From contig VRMN01000002.1 of NCBI GenBank assembly GCA_008690995.1, positions 620,001-684,000 of the forward strand: DNA of 64,000 nt, written 5' to 3'. This document shows positions 30,055-40,150 of the stretch, one piece after another. This DNA is from Porphyridium purpureum (taxonomy: Eukaryota). The notes beneath the pieces were generated by a model. The model did no database searches and was not told the DNA's origin. It was given only the letters and a program-made list of their open reading frames with translations. Within the stretch, counting starts at the first letter, position 1; every line of letters begins with the position of its first letter. The translations under genes and the position numbers were made by a program.

Positions 30055-31827
30055 ATGGAGGCGCAGTCTGACGGGAACGCGTTGGTAGCGGAGCGTGAAG
30101 TCAAGCGTGGTGGTTTGGAGCAGGAGCTCGAATCGGCGCGGGCCGAGTTGAACATGTTGGTCGGGCAGCTTCGAGAATTGGCCGCGGATGAACCGCATGG
30201 CGTCCATCCGCAGCGGCACGTGCGCGGGACGCTCGGGGCCGACGAAGTGGAAGCGGAGTCTCTGCAAGTGCAGCTGGAGACCGCGCGCAACTCGTACGAG
30301 CACACCAAACTTGAACGTGACATTCTGGAGGCAGAATTGTGTGAGCTCAAACAGCGTATACAGAATCTAAGCAAACGGCCGACACCGGGGGACGTCCGGC
30401 GCGCGCCGGCGGTGGCAGCCGTGAATAGCGACTCTCTAGACACAAATTTGCGGGTGCACTCAACATTGGACAGAAAGGATTGCGCCGTGCTGATCGACGG
30501 GCAGTACCGGAGCGGCTATCTGTACTTGGCTGGGCGCTCGAAGCTCGTCTTTCAGCCGCACAAGCCAGCGAGCTCACCAGTGATGGGTCGAATTGAGCTT
30601 GACGTGGAGAAGGACTCTTTTAAATTGAATCCTGTGCTCGGCGATCTATCGTCCAAGGATGGTCAGTTATGGACGCAATGTGGTTCCCTGATGGCACACC
30701 TTGTTGTTGACCGTGAGAAAGCGCCGCCACTGGACTTTTTCGGGTTTCGCCATAGTCTGGACCAGGTACATGCGTACTTACGGGCAGGGATGGAAGAGTC
30801 TCACAAAGCGGACGCGAGCCCCGGAGAAGCAGCATTTCCAGCTTCGGGGAGAGTGGAGGCTCTGAAATCTTCCGCTTTTGGACCGGCGCCACTGCACAGT
30901 CTGTCTCAAAAAGTTGAGGAAGAAAAGGATGCCGAACAGGGGTTGCCACGCACTGGCAGCCAGACGCCTGTGGTCAGAAGGATACCGATGGATGACTTTG
31001 CCGAACTGCATGTGGCTGCGCCGACAAACCAGACATCGCACAAATCCGTGGACCACGTGACACATGGCTTCGGGGCCAGCTTGGTGGAAAGAATCCGCGC
31101 CAGTGTTATAAGGTCGACTGGAGGTGAGTCCTGGCTGCAAAAAGCTCCGCAAGAGGAGGCACCGATGGGAAAAGTTGAGGTGTCAATCAAGGGCCAGGAC
31201 GGAAAGTCAGTCAAAGACGCGACCGAAGATGGCGAGGATCCAGCGGAAGCCTCGCATGCTACGGATTCGGTCACAGTTCGTATGCCAATGCTGTCGAGCG
31301 CGTCGCATGTATTGCGACCATGCCATTTTGCTGTGTTGCGAGATGCGGTGCCTGCCCGCTTCCACGAAAGCGACTTTCGGTTGCTGTACTCGACGCATGA
31401 TCACGGCATCAGCCTGCAAACTCTGTACGCTCGTGCAAAGCGATATTCTCCGACGATCGTGGCGATCCGGGACTCTGAGGGAGCCGTGTTTGGCTGCTAC
31501 GCAAGCACGGAGTGGCGCGTAGAATCAAAGTACTACGGAACTGGCGAGTCCTTTGTATTTCGAACGAGCAGAGAAGATGCGGATCAGCTGGAGATTTACA
31601 AGTGGACACGCAGTAATTCGTACTTCCAATACAGTGGCCCGGATCATATTGGCATGGGTGGGGGCGGGAACTATGCGTTTCACTTAAAGTCAGACTTGTA
31701 CGACGGAGTCGCCGGCCCGTGCGACACGTTCGGGAGCCCGTGCTTGGCATCAGCGGAGGAGTTCACTTGCTTAATTCTCGAGGTGTGGGGATTCGAGACT
31801 CGGCGAGTGTCTCGTGCGCCGGATTAG
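30055..31827 (+). CDS. OXR1: TLDc-domain oxidation resistance protein (OXR1/NCOA7-like) with N-terminal coiled coil
   Basis: RLLYSTHDHGISLQTLY, GAVFGCYAS, YYGTGESFVF, WTRSNSYF, GMGGGG, CDTFGSPCL, LEVWGF. Confidence 0.9.
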   Translation: MEAQSDGNALVAEREVKRGGLEQELESARAELNMLVGQLRELAADEPHGVHPQRHVRGTLGADEVEAESLQVQLETARNSYEHTKLERDILEAELCELKQRIQNLSKRPTPGDVRRAPAVAAVNSDSLDTNLRVHSTLDRKDCAVLIDGQYRSGYLYLAGRSKLVFQPHKPASSPVMGRIELDVEKDSFKLNPVLGDLSSKDGQLWTQCGSLMAHLVVDREKAPPLDFFGFRHSLDQVHAYLRAGMEESHKADASPGEAAFPASGRVEALKSSAFGPAPLHSLSQKVEEEKDAEQGLPRTGSQTPVVRRIPMDDFAELHVAAPTNQTSHKSVDHVTHGFGASLVERIRASVIRSTGGESWLQKAPQEEAPMGKVEVSIKGQDGKSVKDATEDGEDPAEASHATDSVTVRMPMLSSASHVLRPCHFAVLRDAVPARFHESDFRLLYSTHDHGISLQTLYARAKRYSPTIVAIRDSEGAVFGCYASTEWRVESKYYGTGESFVFRTSREDADQLEIYKWTRSNSYFQYSGPDHIGMGGGGNYAFHLKSDLYDGVAGPCDTFGSPCLASAEEFTCLILEVWGFETRRVSRAPD

Positions 31828-31943
31828 TTCACAGTCCTAGTGATCATGTAGTGTTAGAGTGTTTAAAATCTGACGTTTCAAAGTTATGATAGGGCAGCCA
31901 AAAGGAAGCTGAGAAAACCTGCCCTCGACTGAGCGTCCGCATC

Positions 31944-32429
31944 ATGACAGCCGCGAAAGCTTGCATGCCGCTGCTGATCGTAATCCTCAGTTTCGTGCTC
32001 CTCGCGGTCTCCTTGGTGTCCGCAGATGAGCCAGAGGCGCGGCGGGCTTTCAAAATTGTTCCAGGTCAGGCTGGTAGCGTCAGTGTGAGCTTAAACACGC
32101 CGCCTGTCAAGGAGAGTACCTGCACTTTCAGCCACCAGACGCGAGGCGCAACCCCTGAAGAATGGGAGCTGGAGATTCGAGGCGATCCATCATCTGGCGA
32201 AATGTTTTGCTCCGTGGGGCGCGCGTCAGCGACACAAACGTACTTAATGTTTGAAGGCTTCAAGCTCCACCTGGGAACGGCTGACCTCGCGGACGTTATT
32301 GTGTTCGACAACGAAGGCAAACCGCTTCCGGATGACCAGTACGAAGTGCGAGGTGCTCAAGTGAGCAGCGTAAGCGGATGGAATGGTCAGTTTGTGGGGG
32401 CAGAAATAGTGGCGCTCTTGAACATGTAG
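31944..32429 (+). CDS. MYDGF: Secreted/ER protein of the MYDGF (UPF0556) family
   Basis: Signal peptide. AFKIVPG, TCTFSHQTRGATPEEW, FCSVGR, TYLMFEGFK and PLPDDQYEV are colinear with MYDGF (AFDVRPG, TCMFTYASQGGTNEQW, TCTIWR, SYLYFTQFK, PLKTEEFEV). Confidence 0.8.
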   Translation: MTAAKACMPLLIVILSFVLLAVSLVSADEPEARRAFKIVPGQAGSVSVSLNTPPVKESTCTFSHQTRGATPEEWELEIRGDPSSGEMFCSVGRASATQTYLMFEGFKLHLGTADLADVIVFDNEGKPLPDDQYEVRGAQVSSVSGWNGQFVGAEIVALLNM

Positions 32430-32507
32430 TGCGAGCTGATTTCGGCTTGACAACAAAGGAGAGACTACAATTCATGCCTAAAAATTCTTCTACTCAGGGC
32501 CTATTGC

Positions 32508-33266
32508 TCACTCCAGACGCTCCTCTGTGTCGCGCATGACTGCCAAGCTGGCAATTTCCAGCGTACCAGCACCCTTTGTTTGCGACTTGATGATGTCTTC
32601 TACCGTGCGAAAGTTTCCTGGATCAATCAAGCAAGTGGCTGAATAAGTCGCGGCGCCAAAGTTTTCGTCATCCAAAGAAGCCACGTAAGGTTGCAGCTTT
32701 TCACGAATCTGCTTAGCCGCCTTTCCAGGCAACGTAATATGAATTTCCATCTGTGCGCGCTCGATTTCTATGTGCTCCTTCAGCTGCCGAATGACTTCCA
32801 ATGCTTGTTGCTTGGCGGATTTGTTTGGCTGAGCTGCATAATGAAGGCTATCTTTCATGCTGCGCTCGATCATCCCCACTGTGAATGGACGTTTCGTGTT
32901 CGGATCGACGCACATCCCGGCCACGAGAGTGGCAATCTCTTGAAACAACTTGTCACTCTGGTGGTGCCGCTCCTTTTCCGAAACCTGCAGCTCGCCCTTT
33001 TCAAGTATCTGGATGATAATATCCTTGACATCATCTGTTCCGAATGCGGCGACTAGTTGTTTTTGAGATGCCAACGTTCCTTTGGAAACATTTGTAAACA
33101 CCTGCTCAATCTGCAAAACCTCGTCGAGGTCTTTTTCCGTCTTTTCCCTCCAGGATATGACCTTGTTCGGATAGCACGCCAGCTCGAATCGCTGCCCCTT
33201 GCGTTTCAAACGCACCACCACCACGTTTGTCATTCGCACTTGCGTTACGGGCTGGAACACGCTCAT
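32508..33266 (-). CDS. SBDS: Ribosome maturation factor SBDS/Sdo1
   Basis: MSVFQPVTQVRMTNVVVVRLKRKGQRFELACYPNKV, DLDEVLQ, VFTNVSKG, AFGTDD, KGELQ, KQQALEVI, CLIDPG. Confidence 0.97.
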   Translation of the reverse strand: MSVFQPVTQVRMTNVVVVRLKRKGQRFELACYPNKVISWREKTEKDLDEVLQIEQVFTNVSKGTLASQKQLVAAFGTDDVKDIIIQILEKGELQVSEKERHHQSDKLFQEIATLVAGMCVDPNTKRPFTVGMIERSMKDSLHYAAQPNKSAKQQALEVIRQLKEHIEIERAQMEIHITLPGKAAKQIREKLQPYVASLDDENFGAATYSATCLIDPGNFRTVEDIIKSQTKGAGTLEIASLAVMRDTEERLE

Positions 33267-33329
33267 GCTGCCGTGCGCCGCGTGGCCCTGCCAACTCTGA
33301 AAAAACGTGCACTCGCTCTGGCTGCGGTG

Positions 33330-33365
33330 AAGAAAGAGAGAGAGAGAGAGAAAGAAAGAGAGAAG
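33330..33365. repeat. (GA)n/GAAA purine microsatellite upstream of SBDS
   Basis: aagaaagagagagagagagagaaagaaagagagaag. Confidence 0.7.
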
Positions 33366-33634
33366 CAGACCACGGGCAGTACCGTTCGCGCGCCGCCTTA
33401 ACGTGCAAAGTCGCAGCAAATGCTGTGGATGTCTGACCGTCCAAGCACTTTCTTTATCGGCCACGCCACTGTGTGTCACTTGCGCTCACGACCGCAACAC
33501 GCCCGTGCCACACGTCACGAACACTTGGAAGCGGGCTGTACACCCCCACACTAAAGTACAGTGATTACGGCTGCGCTACATCTCGCTGCGCGTGTCGCGC
33601 TCGAGTGCGGCATCTGTGGTGAAGCGATTCGGCC

Positions 33635-35611
33635 ATGGGTCGCAAGCATGGAAGCGGCGTCAGCGAGCCGCACGCGCGAAGTGATGCCCCGCATTCGTCA
33701 GCCAAGCGATCTCAAGCAGAGCAGGAGGACAAGAAAAAGAGCAAACGCCAGCCTGACGCGGAGAGACGCGCGAATTCGCCGCCTGCGCGCTCCCCCACGA
33801 AAAGCTCGACCAGCAGGAACAGCAAGGGAAGAAATGGCAAATTGGATGACGACCATGACGATCCCTCGCTGGGTCTACCGGTGACTAACAGCGCTCGGAA
33901 GCGAAGAAAACGAGAGACCTGGAAAGTGTGGCGAAGACGCCTGCTTGCAGCCATCTCCATCGCTTGCGCGTCGTCCTTGCTTGTCCTAGCAGCTGCGAAA
34001 ATCGTTCAGGTCGCCAGGAACGGCATCGACACGCGACTCTGGTGGAATGATCCTACCTTCAAGGAGCTGGTAAACGCTTCGCTCCAGCTTGAGCATCCGC
34101 TCGTGAATCGCTTCAACAACTCGTTCGTCGCACGAGTGAGGTTCGAGGATCTGCCCGAGCATGAACATACACCCTACGTCTTTCCGAATGATCTCTTTGA
34201 GGACGGAGCCATTCACTATACTGTGCGCGTAAGAAATTCAGGAATGGTCGAAGGACACAGCCTGTATCGGAACGCGCTCATGCGAATGGGCACCGAGGAC
34301 ATTTACGTTCCAAACTCGGCACCAGTGTGTACGTTCTTTGATGGTGGCCCTATGTACCGTCGGCAATGCCTTGAGGTCATCCAAGACTTTTTGGGCAAAA
34401 TGTGCCAGCTTCCTGAAGGATCCCCGAAGAATGTGACACAGGTACAAATGCAGAAGCTTCTGCACGAGACACCCGTCCATTTCATTAGTGGAACGACAGT
34501 TCTCGCGATATTCAAGCGTTCTGATCATAATATCGCGCATTTCGCGGGACGAATCATGTACGTGTTTCACTTGCTCATGAATCACGAAGGCTGGAGAATA
34601 CCCGAAATTCAGAACATCATCATCACTGTTCAAGGACAGCCTCTGATTTGGGACATGCTTGTGAACCATTCCAAAGGTATCCAGATGAGCTGGCAGGGTG
34701 TGCTGACAGAGATCATCACGTATCCAGACGAACCAATCATGGAGAACGTCTCGAAGTTTTTGAAGAATGATACATCCGAAGGCGGACGGCGTGTTCTGAT
34801 CGTTAATCAGCTGGCAGACCTAACAGCGCACTCCAGTGTTCGCTTTGAGCGACTGGTCACAGCGGGATTTTTGAAAGGGCGATTCTTTGTCGAGGACATG
34901 AACTTACCGCGCCGCGAGCAGCGAACTTTGCCGGCGCGACCCATTGACGAATTCCCTGGCATTAGTGCCGACTCCTGGAAGTTTCATTCGCAGGTAGAGA
35001 TGTGGTCAAGAGGCGACGTAGAGCGCGCGAAATATTTTTCGTTTGAAAGTGGCAATACAATAAGCCTTCGTATTGTATTCTTGCATCGCGCGCAGTCTGG
35101 AAACACTTTGCGCATGATTGACCAAAACTCATTTCGTTTTGTCGTGGACACGCTGCGGGAATTCGGCCGCCTCCACAATATTCCATTTGAGGTCGTGACA
35201 TTCGACAACATGACAGTGTACGAGCAGATTCGCACGATGCGCCATGTTTCTCTGGCAATTGGGATTCACGGAGCAAATTTGGTGAACAGTCTCTACATGC
35301 CGCGTCTGGCTGCCCTGCTGGAGATATTTCCGTTCAAGTTCGATCATGAAATGTATAGGAACGGGGGACAGGGCTCGCTGTGGTATGATGCTTTGCACCT
35401 TGCACAGGGAGTGCACCACCCAAGCGTCACCAAGGGAACCTTTGCTTCTGCGGAGGCGTGCATTCTGGCAAGCACCGCGTGCAAGAAATTTTACCGCGAT
35501 GCCAAAGTTTCCTTCTCAGCAGAAGACAAAAAGCAGTTTATTTTGAAAGTGACGGGGGCCATCAAGTATCTAAGTGAGCTCCTCTACTCGTCTCGAAATG
35601 ATGTGCCTTGA
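33635..35611 (+). CDS. Type II membrane glycosyltransferase, family GT61 (DUF563)
   Basis: Basic cytosolic tail plus TM segment; HNIAHF; IVFLHR; FDNMTVYEQIRTM...IGIHGANLVNSLYMP..AALLEIFP. Confidence 0.88.
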   Translation: MGRKHGSGVSEPHARSDAPHSSAKRSQAEQEDKKKSKRQPDAERRANSPPARSPTKSSTSRNSKGRNGKLDDDHDDPSLGLPVTNSARKRRKRETWKVWRRRLLAAISIACASSLLVLAAAKIVQVARNGIDTRLWWNDPTFKELVNASLQLEHPLVNRFNNSFVARVRFEDLPEHEHTPYVFPNDLFEDGAIHYTVRVRNSGMVEGHSLYRNALMRMGTEDIYVPNSAPVCTFFDGGPMYRRQCLEVIQDFLGKMCQLPEGSPKNVTQVQMQKLLHETPVHFISGTTVLAIFKRSDHNIAHFAGRIMYVFHLLMNHEGWRIPEIQNIIITVQGQPLIWDMLVNHSKGIQMSWQGVLTEIITYPDEPIMENVSKFLKNDTSEGGRRVLIVNQLADLTAHSSVRFERLVTAGFLKGRFFVEDMNLPRREQRTLPARPIDEFPGISADSWKFHSQVEMWSRGDVERAKYFSFESGNTISLRIVFLHRAQSGNTLRMIDQNSFRFVVDTLREFGRLHNIPFEVVTFDNMTVYEQIRTMRHVSLAIGIHGANLVNSLYMPRLAALLEIFPFKFDHEMYRNGGQGSLWYDALHLAQGVHHPSVTKGTFASAEACILASTACKKFYRDAKVSFSAEDKKQFILKVTGAIKYLSELLYSSRNDVP

Positions 35612-36033
35612 TGCTTATACTTTTAGTGGACCTTGGTGGACCCTCGGTTGACCCTCGGTTCCTTGCAGGCCCATATTTGTTCTGTTGCCTGGTGAAGAGC
35701 CATGGAAGAGGAACCGCCGCGCATTCGATATCATTCGCTGTTCTTGAGTGCCCAGTGCGACTCGAAGGCGTTCCAAAAAAGCAGGTTCTCCATTATATTC
35801 CGACGCCGTGACTCTCTCTCTTCCTTAACCCACGGCGCGCCACGCCTGGCTCACGACTGATCCATTCTCGTTCTTGGTTGCTGCATGATAAACTGCGGAG
35901 GTTCAGTGTGCGTGGCAGTGGGGAATTGGCCCCAGAACCTGGCACTCGATTGAGACAGCGCTGCGAGACGCTAGCCAGCACAGTCACACGACACGCCCGT
36001 CGCCGTGCAGTTGGACTTGCGCCGGGACGCGAA

Positions 36034-36681
36034 ATGGAAGATGGCTTTCGGGTTGGGAGAAGGCTCATCGTGGATGCGCGATCCAAACTCAACACGCTCG
36101 AATATGCCTCGGGCGACTCGCAGACTGAGCTCCAACTAGGACTGGAGCAGGTTGTTGCCGCGCTCGAGGCACAGTCGCTTCAGGCCCATGGCATGGTCAC
36201 CCATGAACCCACGAATAAGCGCGAATACTGGCGTTTGCGTCTCGCGCAGCTGGATGAGGAGATCGCGGAAGTTAAGCGGGCTCACGCAGCCATCATGCGC
36301 AAACGGCATATTCAGGTGAGGGAGGAACAGATGCGCACCGATTTACTGCGCGAGCGGATTAGCGCGACCGGAGACGCGTCCATTCCAATTGGCTCTCTTT
36401 CATTCGAGCATGAAACTCAGAGTTTGAACCAGTCAAGTTCGATGGTCGATGACATTCTGCGGACGGGTCGCTCCGCGCTGGAGCAGCTTCAGGTCCAGCG
36501 CGTTTCCCTCAAAGGTACAAAGACTAAAATGCTTGACGTAGCAAACAAAATCGGCGTCGGCAAGGACATCATTCGCATGATCGAAAAGAAGGAGAACGAG
36601 ACAGCGCTCATCGTGTACGGTGGCATGTTCATCTTGACTCTTCTGCTTCTTCTTCTCTTCATCTGGAAAAAGCTTTTGTAG
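36034..36681 (+). CDS. GOSR2: Qb-SNARE membrin/Bos1 (GOSR2)
   Basis: SLNQSSSMVDDILRTGRSALEQLQVQRVSLKGTKTKMLDVANKIGVG SNARE motif, a C-terminal TM anchor, and WRLRL in the Habc region. Confidence 0.85.
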   Translation: MEDGFRVGRRLIVDARSKLNTLEYASGDSQTELQLGLEQVVAALEAQSLQAHGMVTHEPTNKREYWRLRLAQLDEEIAEVKRAHAAIMRKRHIQVREEQMRTDLLRERISATGDASIPIGSLSFEHETQSLNQSSSMVDDILRTGRSALEQLQVQRVSLKGTKTKMLDVANKIGVGKDIIRMIEKKENETALIVYGGMFILTLLLLLLFIWKKLL

Positions 36682-36885
36682 TCCTTGCTCATCCTCAGCA
36701 CAGCGAGTGTCTCGCAAACGCTCTGGCGAGGTCGCCCAGTCAAACTTGCAGTGCGAGAACGCGTGTGTGCATGTCGGAGGGAGAATCATAGTCAGAAAGG
36801 AAGACGGATTATGCTTTGTTGGTGCGGCTTGAGGACACCGGCGTGACGTGTTTCTGTGATCTGGAATCTGGAATCTGCGTCTGCG

Positions 36886-37717
36886 ATGGAGCTACCCGCA
36901 CACGGCGTCGCGTCGCGTGAAATTGTGCATACTGCGCGCGGCGGATATGAGATTGGAGGCGATTTGTTCACTGCGGACGAGTCGCGCGCGAAGCATTTTC
37001 ATTCCGTGCGCCCGCATGGGCTAAGTGCACAGCAGACTCGACCTTTGCAAAGCGACAACTTTGTACGTGCTGATGCCGTGTTGTGACATTGTGGATTCGC
37101 TTCCCCTTCTAATCCGAAAGTCATTGAATGCATGCATGCATGCATTCATGTGTGCGTGGGTGCGTGGGTGCTGATGCCTGGCCGTAGGAGCATGCGAAGA
37201 GTCGACATGATCACTCTTTCGCTTTTCCAATTCTCTGGATGCTGACCTTTGTGCTTCGCTTTTGCGTTTGCATGTGTTTACGAATACCTAGCAGAAGTCG
37301 CCGATTCGCCGCAGAAAGCCTGCGCGCTCGAGTGGTCGTGATGTTACAAGTTTCGTGAAGATGCGCGCACGTCAGTCGCGCGCGGCGTCATTTGCCAAGG
37401 GTCTCGACAGCTTGTCGGTCTTTGCGCCACCGGCGTTGAACCCAGACTCGCCGCTGCGCCAAGGCGCCGACCCCGAGGGTACGTTGGTGCTTTCGCCCGT
37501 AGATTTGGATGATTGCGAGGACGATTCTCGCTGGAGGAATGGGAACTTGCTGCACGAGCTAGCGGGGCGAGCTGCACTCCGTGCGAGCGCCCATCTCGTC
37601 AAGAGCAAAGCAGGCATGCTCGCGCGATCGCCGTCGCGCGTGGACCCCGTCGACCAGGACCTGCTGAGCGTCGCGAGTCTCGGCATGCTGTCGTCCTTTT
37701 CCAAACTGCACGACTGA
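36886..37717 (+). CDS. Two-exon hypothetical protein of about 200 aa (exons 36886-37062 and 37292-37717)
   Basis: Phase-0 GTACGT donor at 37063, GCTGAC branch-like motif at 37241 and TAG/CAG acceptor at 37289-37294 join two otherwise separate ORFs in frame. No family recognised. Confidence 0.6.
37063..37291 (+). other. Predicted spliceosomal intron (229 nt)
   Basis: GTACGT...GCTGAC...TAG; T-rich, with an in-frame stop (TGA 37084-37086). Confidence 0.6.
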
Positions 37718-38284
37718 GCTTCTGGCAGCGCGAGCTGGCTGAAAAAAACGAAGCGTGGCCCCTTGCGTGTGGCGAGCCACCAGCCGCAGCCGTGTGGTTC
37801 GCGACACGCGTGTCAGAACGTGCGTTGTGAAAAGATGAGTTTCGATGATTAAGCTTTGGCGCATTAAAATAACGATCGGGGCTCGGAACTTGTCCGTTTC
37901 AAATTTGAATCAACTCCATCGGCCTCAAAGTGAGCGCGCGCTTCACACGGAGGTGGCGACATTCTGGCGCCCGGCGGGAGCTGACGAGAGAATTCTGGAT
38001 GGGCCGCGATGAGAATCGAGCCTGCCTCTCTCTGAGACGGCCAATCAACACGACTCTGGGTGTCTGGCTCGGCTCACAGGGATTGCGGGGCTGCTGATGG
38101 TGTTGTGCTTGTTGGCGGCGGCGCTGTTTCTTCTCGATTGGCGGTCTGCGCACCTCTTCAGGTGGTCATCTACTGGCAAGCTCAGTGTGGGAATCCTTGC
38201 AGTGCATGTTTACGAGCAGGATTGGGCTTGCTGGGTCACTGCAAATAGAGCTGAGACTTCCTGACTGCGACCGTACAGCACAGA

Positions 38285-40054
38285 ATGGATTCTGTTCCAT
38301 ATGTTTTTCAAACAGTGCGCTTCGACGATGATCATGGCGACGAGGAAGACCCTGACGCACTGGCAGAAGCGCTGAAGCACGATGCGCGCGCAAAGGAGTG
38401 GAAGTTCCTGCCGCTCATAAACGGTAACGATTACCGCCTAGACGGAACACTCACGATGCCTAGCGAATGGTATTCGCGATTGACTCATTTTCAACGCATG
38501 GGGATTGCATGGATGTACCACCAAACCGTGAAGAAAACAGGTTTGACCGGAGCCATTCTAGCGGATAAGACATCTGCTGCTGACAAGCGTCTGCAGCTGC
38601 TCGCGCTCTTCGAATGTCTCGTGTACTCCGGCCATGCGAACTTGTCGCGCGCGCTCATTGTTGTTGATGGGTATCATGCGATAGCGTCGTACCTTGAGCT
38701 CATTCGAAGTGGCCTGTGCACGCTGCTGCCTGTTCGAGTTCTCCATGGGAAAAAGGCGCACTGTGAACGTGTGCTCAAAGAACTATCTCATATTCAGGCC
38801 TGTGGGATCGTGCTCACAACTTACGAGGTGCTCACAGCGCATTTGGAAAGGTGCTCAGGAGGCGGAAGTAGTTTAACATCGAGGGACTGGGATTTCGTGG
38901 TCATGGACCATGTGCACACAAAGATTTTGCAGAGCGGATCGCTGACGCGAGTGGCTCAGATTTCATCCACCCGACGAGTCATTTTGTGTGATGTTCCTTT
39001 TCGACCCGAGGTATTTTCGGATATTTACCATGTGACTCAGTACGTCTCCCGCGACAGGGTGTTCGGGAGCAAGCAAGAATTTCTGAAGCAGTACATCGTT
39101 CTGGACCGTACATCATCGAGCAACGTATCTGTACGGATGGAGCCGTTGTTGGAGCGACTGCGTCCTTTCATTCTGAGGAGAGAGCAAGGCCCAGATACCG
39201 TCAGACAGGCATCCTTAGACGATGATGACGATGTAGAGGTACATGACACAGACGGTGATGACGGTGTGGAGGTACATGACACCAACGATGCGGTTTCTGA
39301 CGACGAATCCATGCTCAGTGACGCGTCTAGCGGCTTCCGCACGGCCGAGGGCGAATGCATGATAAGCGATAATGAAGTCGCACCTGAGGAACTATCACCG
39401 CAGTCCCTCAGCATCCGGCCACTGACATACACGATTCTGAAAGCACGTTCCAAGACCCATCGTCGCCTTGTAATGGTCGACTCCAGTTCGGATTCATCAG
39501 AATCCGATTCCGAATGCGAGCGAGACGAACTTCGAAAACCTGCACTCGATGTGTTGGAGCGGACAATGAAAGACACACGTGTTGAACTGAGAGATCAGAT
39601 TTTGCGCCCTTCGCGACGGCCTGGCAGGCGTATCGTGATCGAAAGCTCTGACTCGGAGGATGACCTTTGTTTCCAAATGCAGCGGACTTTTGCTGCGAGT
39701 GAAATTGAGAGCCCAAGTCGAAAGCAGAAAGGGCTCAACACTGGACACGAGGTTTCGAGAAAGTTTGGTAACCGTCGTGTGGATCAAGAGAATGTTGCGT
39801 GTCAGTTCGAAAACATGCAAAGCAAAGATTTTGCAGCTGAGTCCTCAGAACGAGTTGGCCTGGACGATCCAGACAAGCGGAGAACCTATCTATTGCGCGT
39901 TCGCGCGGCAGACACATTGAGGGGAGCGAAAAGGCGTCCGGAACGCGAAAGGGCTCTGAGAATGTACCTGGAGGCTTTAGAATTGAGCGCACGGGATCCC
40001 GTTCTGCATATTCGAGCCGCAACGCTTTCGTACGAGCTGTTTGGTGCTTTATAA
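38285..40054 (+). CDS. Degenerate SNF2_N protein (ERCC6L/PICH-like pseudo-ATPase) with a C-terminal TPR-like helix pair
   Basis: LTHFQRMGIAWM, GAILAD(KTSAADKR), RALIV, IVLTTYE, WDFVVMDHVH, RRVILCDVP, LRPFILRR; then an acidic linker; no helicase C-terminal lobe. Confidence 0.82.
   Translation: MDSVPYVFQTVRFDDDHGDEEDPDALAEALKHDARAKEWKFLPLINGNDYRLDGTLTMPSEWYSRLTHFQRMGIAWMYHQTVKKTGLTGAILADKTSAADKRLQLLALFECLVYSGHANLSRALIVVDGYHAIASYLELIRSGLCTLLPVRVLHGKKAHCERVLKELSHIQACGIVLTTYEVLTAHLERCSGGGSSLTSRDWDFVVMDHVHTKILQSGSLTRVAQISSTRRVILCDVPFRPEVFSDIYHVTQYVSRDRVFGSKQEFLKQYIVLDRTSSSNVSVRMEPLLERLRPFILRREQGPDTVRQASLDDDDDVEVHDTDGDDGVEVHDTNDAVSDDESMLSDASSGFRTAEGECMISDNEVAPEELSPQSLSIRPLTYTILKARSKTHRRLVMVDSSSDSSESDSECERDELRKPALDVLERTMKDTRVELRDQILRPSRRPGRRIVIESSDSEDDLCFQMQRTFAASEIESPSRKQKGLNTGHEVSRKFGNRRVDQENVACQFENMQSKDFAAESSERVGLDDPDKRRTYLLRVRAADTLRGAKRRPERERALRMYLEALELSARDPVLHIRAATLSYELFGAL
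39224..39289 (+). repeat. 33-nt tandem duplication inside the CDS (DDDVEVHDTDG / DDGVEVHDTND)
   Basis: Two near-identical in-frame units. Confidence 0.75.
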
Positions 40055-40150
40055 AAGCTCGACGAAGCGGAGCTCCACAGTCCGCGTGTCTTCAGTGGCG
40101 CACCATAGGCACGCACGAAACAAGCACCCTCATGGAAACATCCTTGTGGG

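Noticed and set aside
31839..31912. C/D-like arrangement GTGATCA...CTGA...ATGATA...CTGA between the TLDc and MYDGF genes
   Set aside because: Non-canonical C box, no terminal stem and no convincing rRNA-complementary guide.
32427..32450. Stop read-through restoring an ER-retention signal on MYDGF (GAG CTG follows the stop)
   Set aside because: Read-through would end in CELISA, not a terminal xxEL.
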